Shown here piece after piece: positions 14,866 through 27,849 of a stretch of DNA of 64,000 bases. The position numbers and the translations under genes were made by a program. The stretch is from Paramecium tetraurelia (lineage: Eukaryota): the NCBI GenBank assembly GCA_000165425.1, contig CT868013.1:186001-250000 (forward strand), in the 5' to 3' direction. The first letter of the stretch is position 1. Each line of letters starts with the position of its first letter. A model generated the notes under the pieces. It was not told the DNA's origin and made no database searches. It worked only from the letters and a program-made list of their open reading frames with translations.

Positions 14866-16301
14866 ATGGGGAACTGCCAAAACTGTTTGTAATAAGAGTA
14901 AGAGCAAGTAGAAATTCAAATCAACAACCACACAGAGGAGGAAGTGTAAGCACCTTGTGAATAACCTCCTTTATTAAATTTAGATGTGAAAACTTGGTAA
15001 AAAGATTCTTACAGTCTTTACGATTATGAGAATAACACATTTATTCATTCTCAGCAAATCCCTATTAATGGCACTAGCTATCTAACTTGCCAAGCTAATA
15101 AAGTTTTATATAATGAGGGGAGCTACTCCAAAAATAAGTAAGCGTTGTGGTTATATTTAGTGATAACAGCGATGAAATACTCCTTCTTCCACTTGAATAT
15201 GATAACGAATCATTCCAATTAGTAAATTTACGCTACAGCAAGAGACTCTAAACTCAAGAACTTGCAGAAGACTATCAAAAAGAAGTATTCATTCTCCATC
15301 GATATCTCATTAGGAAGGAGATAAACTTTTATCTGAAAACCAAACCATTCACGCTGACTTTCAATTGAGTTTTAATATACAGAAATTAAGAACTAACACT
15401 AATCGGCCATCGCCTAAGGGTTCCAAGATCTGGTTGGTTACTAGATCTATTTAAACTAACAGCCTTAACGAAGGGTTGGTGCTCAAGATTGGAGATGTGA
15501 TTAAATTAGGAAGAGTTAAATTAACAATTAAGGAAATTCAATTACACCATGAAACTAATTAAGATTTATTGAATGAAGAATCCATCTGTTCAATTGAAGA
15601 TAAAAATGAATTTACAAAACAATGTCGAATCTGTCTATCTACGGGGGAATCCACTCTAAATCCATTGATTGATCCCTGCAAATGCATTGGAAGTACTAAA
15701 TATGTACATATCAATTGCTTGCTTAAATGGTATGGAATCTTATTCTATTTCAATTAGGATTCAGCAAAGCTCTCATTTTAATAGCAATGCCTACTGTACT
15801 AGATTTATCTGGAAATCTTTGGAATGTGAAATATGTAAGTCTGTCTACCCTCCAGTTTTTGAGAGGAATGGAAAATAGTTCGACTTAATTGAATTAAGCA
15901 AACCTAAGGATAAACCATTCATCATCATGGAATTCCAAAAAAAGAGGCAAAATGAAAGTCCTCAATCAACTGATAGTAATGGATTGTATATTGTGAATTT
16001 CGGTTCAAAAAAAGAACTCAAAATTGGGAGAAATCATGAAGTTGAAATCAGTATTGCTGATATCAGTGTTAGCAGAGAACACGCTCATATTAAATTAGTT
16101 GATAATAAAATTATCTTATCAGATAAAAGATCCAAATTTGGAACTTTGGTACTCTTACAAAAAAATATCACCCTCGCTCCACAATTATCAGGATTGGAAT
16201 TGCAAATTAAACGTACTCTGATTAAATTGAATAATAATTTAATATCTTAAACAAGTCAGAAACAAAGAGATTTTGAATTATACTTAGGAAGAAATGAATG
16301 A
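14866..16301 (+). CDS. FHA + RING-variant (C4HC3) + FHA protein
   Basis: MGNCQNC; GDVIKLGR; CRIC...PCKCIGSTKYVHINCLLKW...CEIC; IGRNHEV...DISVSREHA...SKFGT. Confidence 0.9.
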
Positions 16302-16767
16302 TACATCTATTATTATTAATATGATTGCTGTTGTATTAAGTATTACAATATGTATATTCTTATTAATTATCAAATGTCTAATTCAATATTCGATGTAGAA
16401 TAAGGAATCTACTCATTTCTTGCTTTTTCCAATTAGCATTTGGGATATTCGGGTGAATTCTATTACATTTAATAAATTGAATGCATTTTTTTAAATTTTA
16501 TTTTAGATAGATTATTATGGAGATTTTTAATTTGATATCTTTTGAAAAACCGTAGATAAGACATCTATTAACTTAATTTAATTTGGCTTATATTTTGATT
16601 ATACCTTTTTTAAAATAGTTTGTCGTGGTATTTCAATAGAAAATAACCGCAAATTATTCAATAATTTTTTGATTAATTTATTAATTATAATGAATTAATA
16701 AAAATATTTTTAAAAAATTTAAAAATGGTAATTAAAATTTCTTTTTTGAAAAAAAACAATATTCTTT

Positions 16768-17295
16768 TCAAATACATCTATGACTTGACTTCATTAATTT
16801 TATTTATTCTTAAAGTACAGATGTAACCAAAACGAATTATATCTTTTTGAGATTTTCAAGCTCTTGTTAACAGTGTTCAAGTTTAGAATTAATTTCCTTT
16901 TCACTTTAAAATTATTTTTTTCGAAAGGCAGGTTATATTGATTTTATTTTATCGCTGAGTATTCTAAACTCCTTTTCTCTCTTCTCTATTTTCTCTTACT
17001 TGATTTCAGATTTGATAGATGATATTTGTTTAAGCAACTCAAGTTACTCCCCATAATCTTTCATAAACATGAAAAACATACCCTTATCTGTGTTTTTTAT
17101 GTATCCAAATTATCGAAAGTTTTTGAGAACTAATTTCGCTGTGGAAAAATTGACTTTACTTATTGCGGCTGCATCTTTTATAGTCTAGTTTTGGCAAAGT
17201 ACTAATTAAAGAAATTAGACTTTTCTTTTAAATTTATCATGTCTTACTTTCTTCCTTTTCTCCTCTCTAAGATTAATTTTTTCTTGCTATAACAT
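16768..17295 (-). CDS. small helix-turn-helix (homeodomain-like) protein
   Basis: 528-nt frame; QTIKDAAAISKVNFSTAKLVLKNFRQFG. Confidence 0.7.
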
Positions 17296-17850
17296 AAATA
17301 AAACAAAAATGAAATAATTATTTTTTAAAAAAATTCTGCTAAGTTAACCAATTAACTAACTTTAGAAAATTCAAATATCAAGTTTCGTCTGGTGATTTTG
17401 AGTATCCTTAATTTTTCGACATAAATCAAAACTTTAAATATATGTTTATGATTACTGGCTAAATTCAAATTATCAATCAATACTTATTGTACTTGAAAAA
17501 ATATGGGTATAATATTGACCTTTGATTCCAAAATAAAGTTAATAAATAGTAAGAAAAGAATTCTATATCGAGCCAATTGTATTGCTCTTCTGGATTATTT
17601 TATACTTAAAAGTGAAAAAATGTTTATCACCTTATTAATTTTCTTAAAAATAAAATGACCTATTCATTATACTAAATTACTTTATTAAAAAATTATGATT
17701 ACTGCAGGAACTTTGGTAATTTCTCATATTTAAATAACGTATAAAACTTAAACTAAAAATATTAGGTTTAGCGATTATTTTGCATTATTAACAAATTGGA
17801 TTCAACTTTATGAAAATCTATGGAGACTATTTAGTTTTTGATCAATTTTA

Positions 17851-17912
17851 TATAGCAATGAAGATTATAAATTTTTCATCCTAAATTGTAATCACTTTTG
17901 AATAGATGGTCT
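17851..17912 (+). repeat. 62-bp direct repeat, copy 1
   Basis: tatagcaatgaagattataaatttttcatcctaaattgtaatcacttttgaatagatggtct. Confidence 0.95.
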
Positions 17913-18589
17913 TATTATTTTCCAAATTTAAAGTTAATCAAAGTAAAAGTTTTAATATACTCGATCAGGCTTTTCCTGTATGACATTTCGATAAAATAAA
18001 TTATCTTTATTAAACAAAGGATTAATTATAACAATAAATTATGGAATAGTTAATTGCTTTAGAGGATAAAATCAAAGTATTAAATCTGTCTTGAGGTTGT
18101 CCTTCAAGTTTTTTATAATTTTGAATAATTAGAAGCAAAGGATTAATATATTACTCATGGAATAACTAGCAATTGAAGTAATCAGAGGACCAACTTTTAG
18201 ATAAATTAAAACCCGCCTTAAAAAAGTAAAGCATCATTTTAATCTAAATTTTAACATATGAAACTTATAGAAGGACTTTATTCTTAGACAAATTCTCTTT
18301 CTGAAATACTTGAAAAGATATCAAGAAAATATCTTAATCTGATAATCTTTTCTAAATAAGAAAATGTTATTTTTAGAAAACATGTAATAAATATTTCGGG
18401 AGGACTTTAATAAACAAATTTATCAATTTTAGCTTCCACAGAAAAGTGCTGGTACATTTCTATTCTTTATGATTTAATAGAAAATAAAGCTTCAAGTTCA
18501 TAATACATTTCTATATAATATCTAATTGTCAATAAATTGATAGAAATTTTGATTTAGGTTTGAACTCATCAATATTTCTCATGATTGAA

Positions 18590-18870
18590 TATAAAAAGAA
18601 AGTATAGCAGTGAAGATTATAAATTTTTCATCCTAAATTGTAATCACTTTTGAATAGATGGTCTAAAGAAAGTATGAAAAATTTAGAAATTGAATAGCTG
18701 ATATTTGAACTACTGTCAGATAACTATCAATTCTATTTTTCAATTTAATTATCACATGATAATATCCTTATTTTAATATATAATTCATTCAGGTTTAGGA
18801 TGATAACAATCAAATAAATAAAAATACTAAAGATCTATTGTTGAAGAAAAGAATGCATGACATTTTCAGA
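18590..18870 (+). pseudogene. possible decayed AGC kinase fragment
   Basis: IAVKII...SMKNLEIEQLIFELLSDNY...SHDN...KILKIY resemble YAIKII...[19 protein letters not shown]...VHDH...NILKVY of the intact kinase at 36.9-37.1 kb; frame broken. Confidence 0.45.
18603..18664 (+). repeat. 62-bp direct repeat, copy 2
   Basis: Same sequence with one substitution (gcagtg vs gcaatg). Confidence 0.95.
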
Positions 18871-18953
18871 ATACCAAAAGCTGAATATAAGACGAATTTA
18901 ATAACTAAACTACATTGATCTTGGAACAATTTCAGTATAATTAATTTCATGGT

Positions 18954-21018
18954 TCAGATAATGATAACACTCAAAAGTTATAGTATATTACAGATTTACT
19001 CTTTAAGAAAAGAATGCATAGACATTATCTATCTAGGAAATGTTTAGTTGGTACAACGAATTTTATAAATAAACTACATTCCTCCTTTATTAAATTCTAT
19101 GGTAATATACTTTATTTTAGAAATTCCCTTGATTTAATAATAATGATTACCATTTTCTTTCCTCGAAATCTAAAACTAAAGATTTGCCTGATATTCTTAG
19201 TGAATTTTCATTCATATGGAACAGCCTATTTAAGAAATATTTATTCTTTTCAGATCCTCTTTAGATAGATAATCCAGAATATTGTTAAAATTTTTCAAAT
19301 ATGATTCCTTAGGTGTTTAGTGATTAGTCTTGTGGAATAATGACTTTATCTTATTATGATTTGAGTTTAATGTCATCCTCAGATTCATCATCCTCACTCA
19401 TTGAATCTTCAAAGGAGTATCCTAAGTTGGTATGATATTATTTACTAAGATAATCTTTATCAGTAGTTAATTGATTGTCTTGATTACTTGTATATCTATA
19501 TTTCTCACTATGGAATTGATTTTATTCAGCCAATAATCTCCTGGCTCTAAGTTTTCTCAATTCTTCTTCGTGAATTTCTTGTTACTTAGAATTGACCATA
19601 GTTTACTTTCTATGAACATCAGGGGATTCATTTTCTTCAACATTCTTATTATTTTTAATTCGTTATCTTTTCCTTGTATAATTATCTCCAAGTAAGATGT
19701 CTTCGTCTTTGATAACAGATATTTAAGCATCTGCCTTTGTTATGAATTCTACTAGATCATCATTTAATTTGATGGATTCCTCATTTTGAAATGTTTTGTG
19801 TAATTTACTATTTTTGAATTCTTACTAATGTTCTTTTTCAAGTTGAATAAGATCACTGGCCAAAAATCCAACAACAGAATTCTATAGATTATTGTTTGAA
19901 TATTGAATGAATGTGTATTGTTCTGTTGTTATATTGGACTACATATTATTGTATTTGATATTTGATACTTCCTCAGAATAAATCTTCGATCTATTTTCTG
20001 TTGATGATTTTGTTGATTCAGAAATTGCACTATAATTTTATACAAAAACTGAGGATTTGCCATCATAGTTCCTTCTCTTGGCTTTGGTCTCTAGGGAATT
20101 CAGAAATTAAGTCTTCTTTGACTTTTCTAATAGTGACTTATCTTGCACATCTACTTTGTAGAGACTCTCCTATTTATTGGATGTCATGAGTTATTTTAGG
20201 ATTTCGGAATCTTCAAATTCAAATTGGTCTCCACCCTATTTGTCATCATTTAAATAAGCGTCAATATATTTTTTAGCCAATTCATTTTCTGCCAGAATCT
20301 TCTTGACCCACTGATTTTCCAATTACCCAAATTGCTAATCAAGATCTTTTAGTAGTTGCAGAGTAGGCTTATCGTACATGTGATAGATGAAATAGTAAAT
20401 CTTGCCTATGAGAGTAGGATTCTGACTGACCAGCGGCTTTAGGACTTTAAGCATTTGTCCTTAAAGTTTGGCCAATTCGTCAAAGGACACATACAAGGCA
20501 TCTTGATATCTCTCAGCAAGAGTCTTGATTGTGAATTTGTTTGACAGTCTGATTTATTCGGTTGCGAGGGATTTTGGTTAAATCACATTTTAGTTCAAAC
20601 TAATCAAGAATTTGTAGAGACGTATGAAACTAGCATACAATCTATATTCGAGGAAATTGGGAATGAAATTCAAATTCCAAAACATTATGGAATAGATCTT
20701 TTCACAATCAATGAATGCAATCACACTCCTCACCCATCTTAGAAAGGGCTCCTTTGAGTTATCGAGTAAAGGTAAGATGAAGGTTGAAATGATCAAGTGA
20801 TTTTTCTGCAATGTCTACTACAATACCTTATGCACATTATCTAATGACAATTGAGGTTCATTGGGAAGCAGGTTGAAATCAGGATTAACAATCTAAACAA
20901 AGCTGATTCATGATACCAACTGATTCAGGAAATCATAGTATGGAACTTTGAAGAAATCCTTATCGAAAGACTCTTGATCATACTTTGAAAACCAATGGTC
21001 ATAACTATTATCCATCAT
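18954..21018 (-). CDS. hypothetical protein
   Basis: Long ciliate-code frame MMDNSYDHWFSKYD... with a 24-nt intron near 20893-20916; both ends uncertain. Confidence 0.7.
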
Positions 21019-21160
21019 TAATTTAATTGCATATATAAAATTCAACTGCCAAAGTCATATTTCAAAGACAAACCCTGTACCGAACTCAATTGTGTACTCA
21101 TATCATTTCCAAGCATTCATTAATATATATAATATTATTTATTTATATATATAATCCCAT

Positions 21161-22590
21161 ATGAAAATGAAAAAAGCAACTGATGCTGCTTAATGTATAA
21201 GTTCAATCTCTATCCATAGTTGAGAATGAATACCTCGCCTTCTAAGAAGATAAGTTGTTAGCCAAGATGAGGAAAAAACAAGTATGACTTCAATTATAAT
21301 GGAGGAACGAGAATTGGAGTAATTGAAATTGTATGAGCAATAAAAAGCAGAATAGGAGAAACGTAAGTTCTCCATCATCGAATAGACCAAATCCAAACAA
21401 TAGTAAATTGAATAGACTCTGAAGGAGAAGAAATTATTGGTAACATTGAGTCGATATCATTTTCAGATAGAGTTGAAGAAGAAAGAGAAAGAGAAGGAGA
21501 AGTTGCTTAAAATCAAAAAGATAGAACAAGAACATTTGAAGGAATTAGCCTAAAATGATATATCAAAGGATGATTTTATGGAGTAACTTAATAGCAATTA
21601 AAATAAAGAGGAAACTATTTTGACCAATCGAAATAAGAAATCTAATGTTAAAAAGTATTACTTGCAATCCATTTTAGAATAGCTGAAGGAATAGTCAAAA
21701 CTCAATAGGAGGAGATTCTAATCAAAAAAATGCAATTGGATAAGAATTAGAAAGAGTAGGAGGAATTGTGGAAGGAATTGAATGACAAAAAAGAATAGCT
21801 ATTTAATGAGTTGAAATTGGCGAAGAAGAAATAAATTAAGAAGATCAAATAGAGAAATGAGGAAGAGAAAAATGCATATTATCAAGAATAACTATAGAAG
21901 ATAGAATAATATAAGAAGAAATTAGATGACATCGAACTTAATCAATTAACCAAACAGGAATTATTAGAACAGAAGAAAAAGGAAAAGTTAGAAAAATTGA
22001 AAAAAGTTATGGTATTGATCTCTCATTTATTGAAAATTAGCAAAACTATAAGAAAATTATGTCTGAAAAAAGTGAGAAGGCTTAATTGAAAGTATAATAA
22101 GTTGAAGAGAAGATCAATCTGATATAGGAGAGAATGAAATAGGCAGAAGATAACATAGAGTAATATGAAAAGGATAAAAGTAATCACAGGAAGAATGTAC
22201 TCTAAAAATAATTAACAGTAGATTAAATCAAAGAACGGCAACATTCTAAATAATAAGAATGAAACATTTCAAGAGAAGTTAAGATAAAAGGATGAGGAGC
22301 ATTTAAAATCTATTACTGAAACTTAATCCTTATCTAGATTAAAGTAAGAGCAGGAAAGGCAGAAGAAGGAAGAATAGATTAAGGAACATAAAAAAAAAGC
22401 TGCAGAAATACTTAAAGATATTGTGGAAACAAAAAATAAAAAATTATAGGAGAAACTAGAAAAGGCACAACAATTTAAGGATGATAAAGAGAAATTATTC
22501 TAGTAACAATAAATGCTAGCCAAAGACATTGAGCGTTAAAAAAAATAAATATTACTGAAGAGTCCTAAAAACAATCATGTAGATTAATGA
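21161..22590 (+). CDS. coiled-coil protein
   Basis: E/K/Q-rich heptad-like frame from MKMKKATDAA to TGA at 22588-22590, with small introns. Confidence 0.8.
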
Positions 22591-22638
22591 ATGTTAATTT
22601 TAGTTATATATTAAATTGTATAAAATATAAAAAAATTA

Positions 22639-23068
22639 ATGTAGTAGTAATAATAATAGCAATAATAGCCGAGAGCAAGAACAAAAGAAAGATATGTTTT
22701 TGAAGCAATGAATCTAGTTAAATTGTGGAGGTTTAAGATTTACTTACTCTAAATTAGATAGATTTATGAAACTGAGACAAGAGTTGTAGATGGAAGAACT
22801 GTAAGAATTACATTAGATCAAGCAGCTGAATTGGTGGGATGTCCAAGGAAAACCCTTGAAGATTATTATTATCTATTGAAAAAGGCTTAAAATTTAGGTA
22901 ATTTGCATATAATCTTATTTAGTTAATCTCGAGGAGAGAAAAAATGAAAAAATGGGTTTTATAAGGAAAATTTGTAGAGAAAATAAAAAGCAGCAATAAT
23001 AATTATAGCAGGAAGAAGAATTTTATCAAATAAATTAATTTTAAATGGACGAGATTCATGATGATTGA
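22639..23068 (+). CDS. small helix-turn-helix protein with N-terminal poly-Gln
   Basis: MQQQQQQQQQPRARTKER...RITLDQAAELVGCPRKTLEDYY; 25-nt intron 22898-22922 restores frame. Confidence 0.8.
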
Positions 23069-23210
23069 TATAATAGTTAAAACACTTTAAATTAATATTA
23101 TGTGCTTTTATCAATAATATCCACAACACATGTATTCATAACAATGGTCTTACTATAAGAAAATTAATTCTGTAAGTTTATAAGTGCAAAATATAATTCA
23201 ATTTTAAATA

Positions 23211-23340
23211 TCAGGCAATAAGTAACTATCGATATCAGTTTCTCTTTTTCAGTCATTCTGATGACATTAAACAAAGAGGTTTCTCATCTCCTTTGTTTAT
23301 TGGTTCAGAAATCTCTATGTAAACGAATGTATCACAGCTT
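23211..23340. ncRNA. candidate structured intergenic RNA (snoRNA-like)
   Basis: Nested inverted repeats ttctga/tcagaa (23256-61/23305-10) and taaacaaag/ctttgttta (23268-76/23291-99); several CTGA motifs on the minus strand. Confidence 0.35.
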
Positions 23341-23434
23341 AAATTGGAATATTGACTTTTACATAAATTATATGATAATCGAAAGTAATTATAATAAAGT
23401 TAATTGAGCTTAAGTTATAGTAGATATTTTAATT

Positions 23435-26400
23435 ATGAATCTGATTTCATTGTTGTTATTTGTTGCATTACTAACGACTCCTTGTTTTTAGAAATGCAGC
23501 TAAAAAGTAGATTCCCTCACAGTCTATGCAACAAAGGATGAAAAATTGAATTGGAATTTGATGGATGAATTCTTTAATGGAGCAGGGTTGACATTCTCCT
23601 TAAGTGATATCTAATAAAACTAATTCAAGATAGTAGAACCAGTTGAAAACACAGGCGGTTCAGCTTTATATTCTTAGGGTAATCAGAAATTATTAATATT
23701 ATTAGCTGCCACTAAGATTGTATCATCAAGAGCACTAAAGTCAAATAAATATTGGGTGAATTCATTCGTATTTTTAAACAAGGGAACGACATCAATAACT
23801 TTGGGAATAGCATACGGGTATAAGGAATAATTAATAATATAGAGAGGCAGGTCAGAGCGTGGTAGCTCCAAAGTTTGATGAGGTTGTGACTTTGAATACG
23901 ATTGAGGACAGTTTGGATTGTTATGATTTAGAAATTATAGCTGATAAAACCTTTATAGTGGATTGTTCAAAAAAAGTAAAGGGTGCAATAAAAAATGTAT
24001 TATATTATGTGAATGATGGAGATTCATATGAATATTTGATAGAAGATGCATTAGTACAAGCAAACCATGGGCGTATGCTAGGTTAATACAAAGTGAAGGG
24101 ATAAGGTGAAAAGGAATACAGGTATTTGGTGAGAGCAACTGCATCATATTCAATGTCTAAAGATGGTTCTTTGGGTGGAGATTCGTTGTTGGAGGTGTTC
24201 TTATTGAATGATAAGGGTTAGCCATCTAATACAGGATATGTTTTGGACGGAGTGACTATGGCTTTGTTGTTGGACAAATACTATGATTTTGAGTTCAATA
24301 TAGTGGATATGAAGGTGTTGGAGAATGGAGATATTTATTTATTGGATGCTTAATATGACATATTCATAGTGAATTTCATTCCGAATGGCACATTCTCATT
24401 GAAGAATTCTATTGATACAGGAATGAGTTTTGCTTATGCATTTGATAGAAACATCTTCTTGAGAAGGGATGGGACTTACACTGAGAATATTGCTGTATTA
24501 GGTTATGGATTTGTTGAATTAATTGTAGATGGTTAATTACAATCAGAATACAAATTGCCTATAGGGATTCATTATACATTCCCAGCTAATGTTGATTTAT
24601 CTTAAGAATTCATAGTTGTCAGACATGAAGATGCCACTTATCTTTTTGATATAGATGCAAAATCCAAAGACTTATTACAATTACAAGTGATTCCATAAAC
24701 TAGTTATGTTATGATTAATCCATTCTTGCCAGATATTATAGTGTTGACTTTGGATACTGCCTACAGATACACCTTATCATAAGGATATCTTTAATACAAG
24801 GGTTCTGAGGACGTGTAAGAAAAGAAGATGATTGAAGTAATAGCAACAAGTGTCGACCAAACTTGTAAGGTTCAACTTACATATCAGATTATCGAGAGTG
24901 ATGATAAACAACTATACAAATACAGTGACACCCTCACTCCATTCCCAAATCAAGTAACTGAAGATGCACAACCTTTCTAATTGAATGTGCTAACAAGTGG
25001 CCCAAATGAATAATACAAACAAATTGTAGGAAGGAAACAGGATGGAACTGCTGTGACAGTTTAATTGAAAACTTATTGGGAGTTGAATTTCCCTTAAGAG
25101 TTACAAAAAGACCTATTATTCCATGATGTGTTGGTTGGAACTCAATCATCATATTTCTATTTGGCTCAATAGAATAAAGATGGCAAATTAACTATTCTCA
25201 AGGTTATTCATGATTCGATCTTCAATGGTGATGTTACTTATGAGAAGGTCTTTGATAGTGTGAGTATTGGTACTAAATTGACTAAATCAACATTCTAAAT
25301 GTGGGAATGTGAATGTCCCAAATTCCACTTTGCTTATGTTGAAAATAGACAAGTTAATCTTAAAGTATTCTCTGATAATTAAGTCAAAGATATTAAAACG
25401 ATCCCATTTGAGAATGGTCTTAGCATATTGTTCTTAAAGAATTATCTGTTCCTATTGTAAAATGCCAATGTTCATGCCTATACAGAACATGGAGACTTTG
25501 TTAAGTCTGTTGATTTGGATTTATTAGTAGAGTAAGGTTACAAGGGAACATGGGCACCCAAGAAGATATATGGAAATAGAAAAATAAGAGAAAATCTTAT
25601 ATTTGTGGTTCATCAAGATCACATCACGCTAATTGATTTTCATATCTCATACACTTTCATCAAGTAAATTGCTATAGATGAATCTGATAATATCGAAATT
25701 GCTATTGGAGCAGAGACCTTTTTCATAATCACTAACTAAGTTATTGAATATGATTTTGATAGATTGAACAATATTTATTAGACCAAAACAGTCTAATTAT
25801 ATGATTTTGAATTAGTCTAGCCTATCCTAGGTGATTTCTGTTCAGACACAGGTTATCTCTTTGTACTTGCTAAAACTAAGAGTTAAACAATAAAAGAGGA
25901 CACTAATAAGTATCACCTTTTGGTTATTCAACCTAATACACTTTAACATGAAGCATTATTCTAAGCAGTACCCATAGATGAACCATAATTAATTTCAACA
26001 TAAGGAACTTCATCTCAAATGTATGTCTATCTCCAAACTAAGACTTCCACTCATGTCTACGCTATGTTGACTAATCCTGTCTTAATTATTGAACCTTCTA
26101 TCAATGATCCATAATTCGCAGCATCAGTTGATGTTTCTGTCATGATCTATAACTTTGATGACACACCTTCCATCACTATTAAATAGCCTATCAAAGTTAT
26201 CAATACATAGACTAAATTGTACATTGATAAAAATAAATTCAAAGCTAGTTCAATTGAAATAGATTCTAAAGACTACGTTAAAAAAGAGAAGAAATTAGGA
26301 AGTGATTGGTATAGTGGTCAAATCTCTCAATTCCAAATTATCTGTGAATAATGCAATAAAGGAAAGTATGGAGTTCAAATCACACAAACTGTTGAACTTT

Positions 26401-27796
26401 CCAATGTTTAATTTTACAAACCATACAAAATTAGATCCATCAATAACAACATTGTATAAGCCATAGATGCTCTAATCTTCTTAAATGATGATGACACTTA
26501 ACAAGAAATTGTCCCATTAGATTTCCCTACTCAAGAGTATTCTTGTTTCCAATCCACTTAATTAGATGATTTGATCCTCAGTTTATGTCATGATGGAAAT
26601 CAATACACTATTTATGCCACCAGCGGTATTAGTTTGACAGGTTGGTTCCCTCTTGGTGAAGTCCTGAAATTAAATGCACATACCAAAAAGATTCAACTGC
26701 TTCAAAACGACTATTTAATTGTCTTGGATAATGAATCATTTGTTATTTCTAAACTCAACATGGAGGATCAAGACAATTGGGTTTTGGATGAAGAATATGT
26801 AATCAATATAAATCACATTCAAAATAAATATGAGGAATTGTTAACCTTCACACCTAATGATTTCCTTATCACACCAGTCAATAAGGTTGATGGTATTCAA
26901 TATTATAAAGTGCTTATTACAAGTGGAGAGGGTATTTTCTTCTAAGATTTCTATTTCTAGAATTAACAATTTACTATAGTGAATTTAGAATATGTTAATT
27001 TAACAACCGAATTATAAAAAATTCAATAATATGCCATCAGTTCTACTTAATACTTGTTGGTCAAAGAATTGTAATCATTTAATGTAAACACATTAAACGT
27101 TTTCATCCAAACAAACAATGTAGTCCATTATGGTTTGAAGATTAAATTTGCCATCAAGGAAGGATAATAATACTTGGCCTACCAAAGTTTGGAAAGTCAA
27201 TTCTTATTGAATAGATATGGTAATTGGAATTCTGTGAGAAACATAGCTGTGTCAAAGAGTCATGCTGCAATTCCATATTAAAATCAAGATAAGATTGTAA
27301 TAGCCATATACCCAATAGGAGAATCAACAAAACCATCCACATCTATTGGAAGTTTCAGTTTCACACAAGATGCTTCTACATTTAACCCATTGGATTTTGG
27401 GTTATTCTTTAGGAATGATAAACTCTATGCCAATTCACCTTCTAGTGATACACAATAATATTAGATTAATGCAGAACCTTCTTTAATTTTCACCTAAACG
27501 GTTGATAATCCATTGAAATCAGAGAAAGTAGACATAAAAGTCAGGAATGATTTCAGTTAATCTCAGATTGATTTTGATTTGAAGATTATTGTAAATCCAG
27601 ATCCCCCTGGTCCTGGTCCAGATCCTCCTGGTCCTGAACCTGAAAAAAGGTATCATGTTATATCATTCATAGTTCAAAATTGTGGTGGATCATTTTGATT
27701 ATTGTGGGTGGCTTATTGATAGCTGGATTTATTGGGTTTATTATTTATAGGGCAAAAAATAAGGCTGTTGAAGATGAATACAATGTCGTTGCTTGA
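23435..27796 (+). CDS. large type-I membrane/surface protein (about 1440 aa)
   Basis: Signal peptide MNLISLLLFVALLTTPC; long beta-rich ectodomain; PDPPGPGPDPPGPEPEK stalk; TM LWWIILIIVGGLLIAGFIGFIIY; short tail. Confidence 0.88.
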
Positions 27797-27849
27797 GAAA
27801 TAGTTTTAAAATTTAGATTATTATATGTGAAATGATTAATAAAATAATC

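Noticed and set aside
19014..19110. KCLVGTTNFI on the + strand looks like the kinase VGTPDYI motif
   Set aside because: The minus strand here has a long plausible coding frame belonging to the neighbouring gene, so the match may be coincidental; not counted as pseudogene evidence
23258..23312. CTGATGA ... GAAA flanking a stem, resembling a hammerhead ribozyme core
   Set aside because: Five extra bases separate the stem from GAAA, the closing G-C pair is absent, and no stems I/III with a cleavage triplet are evident
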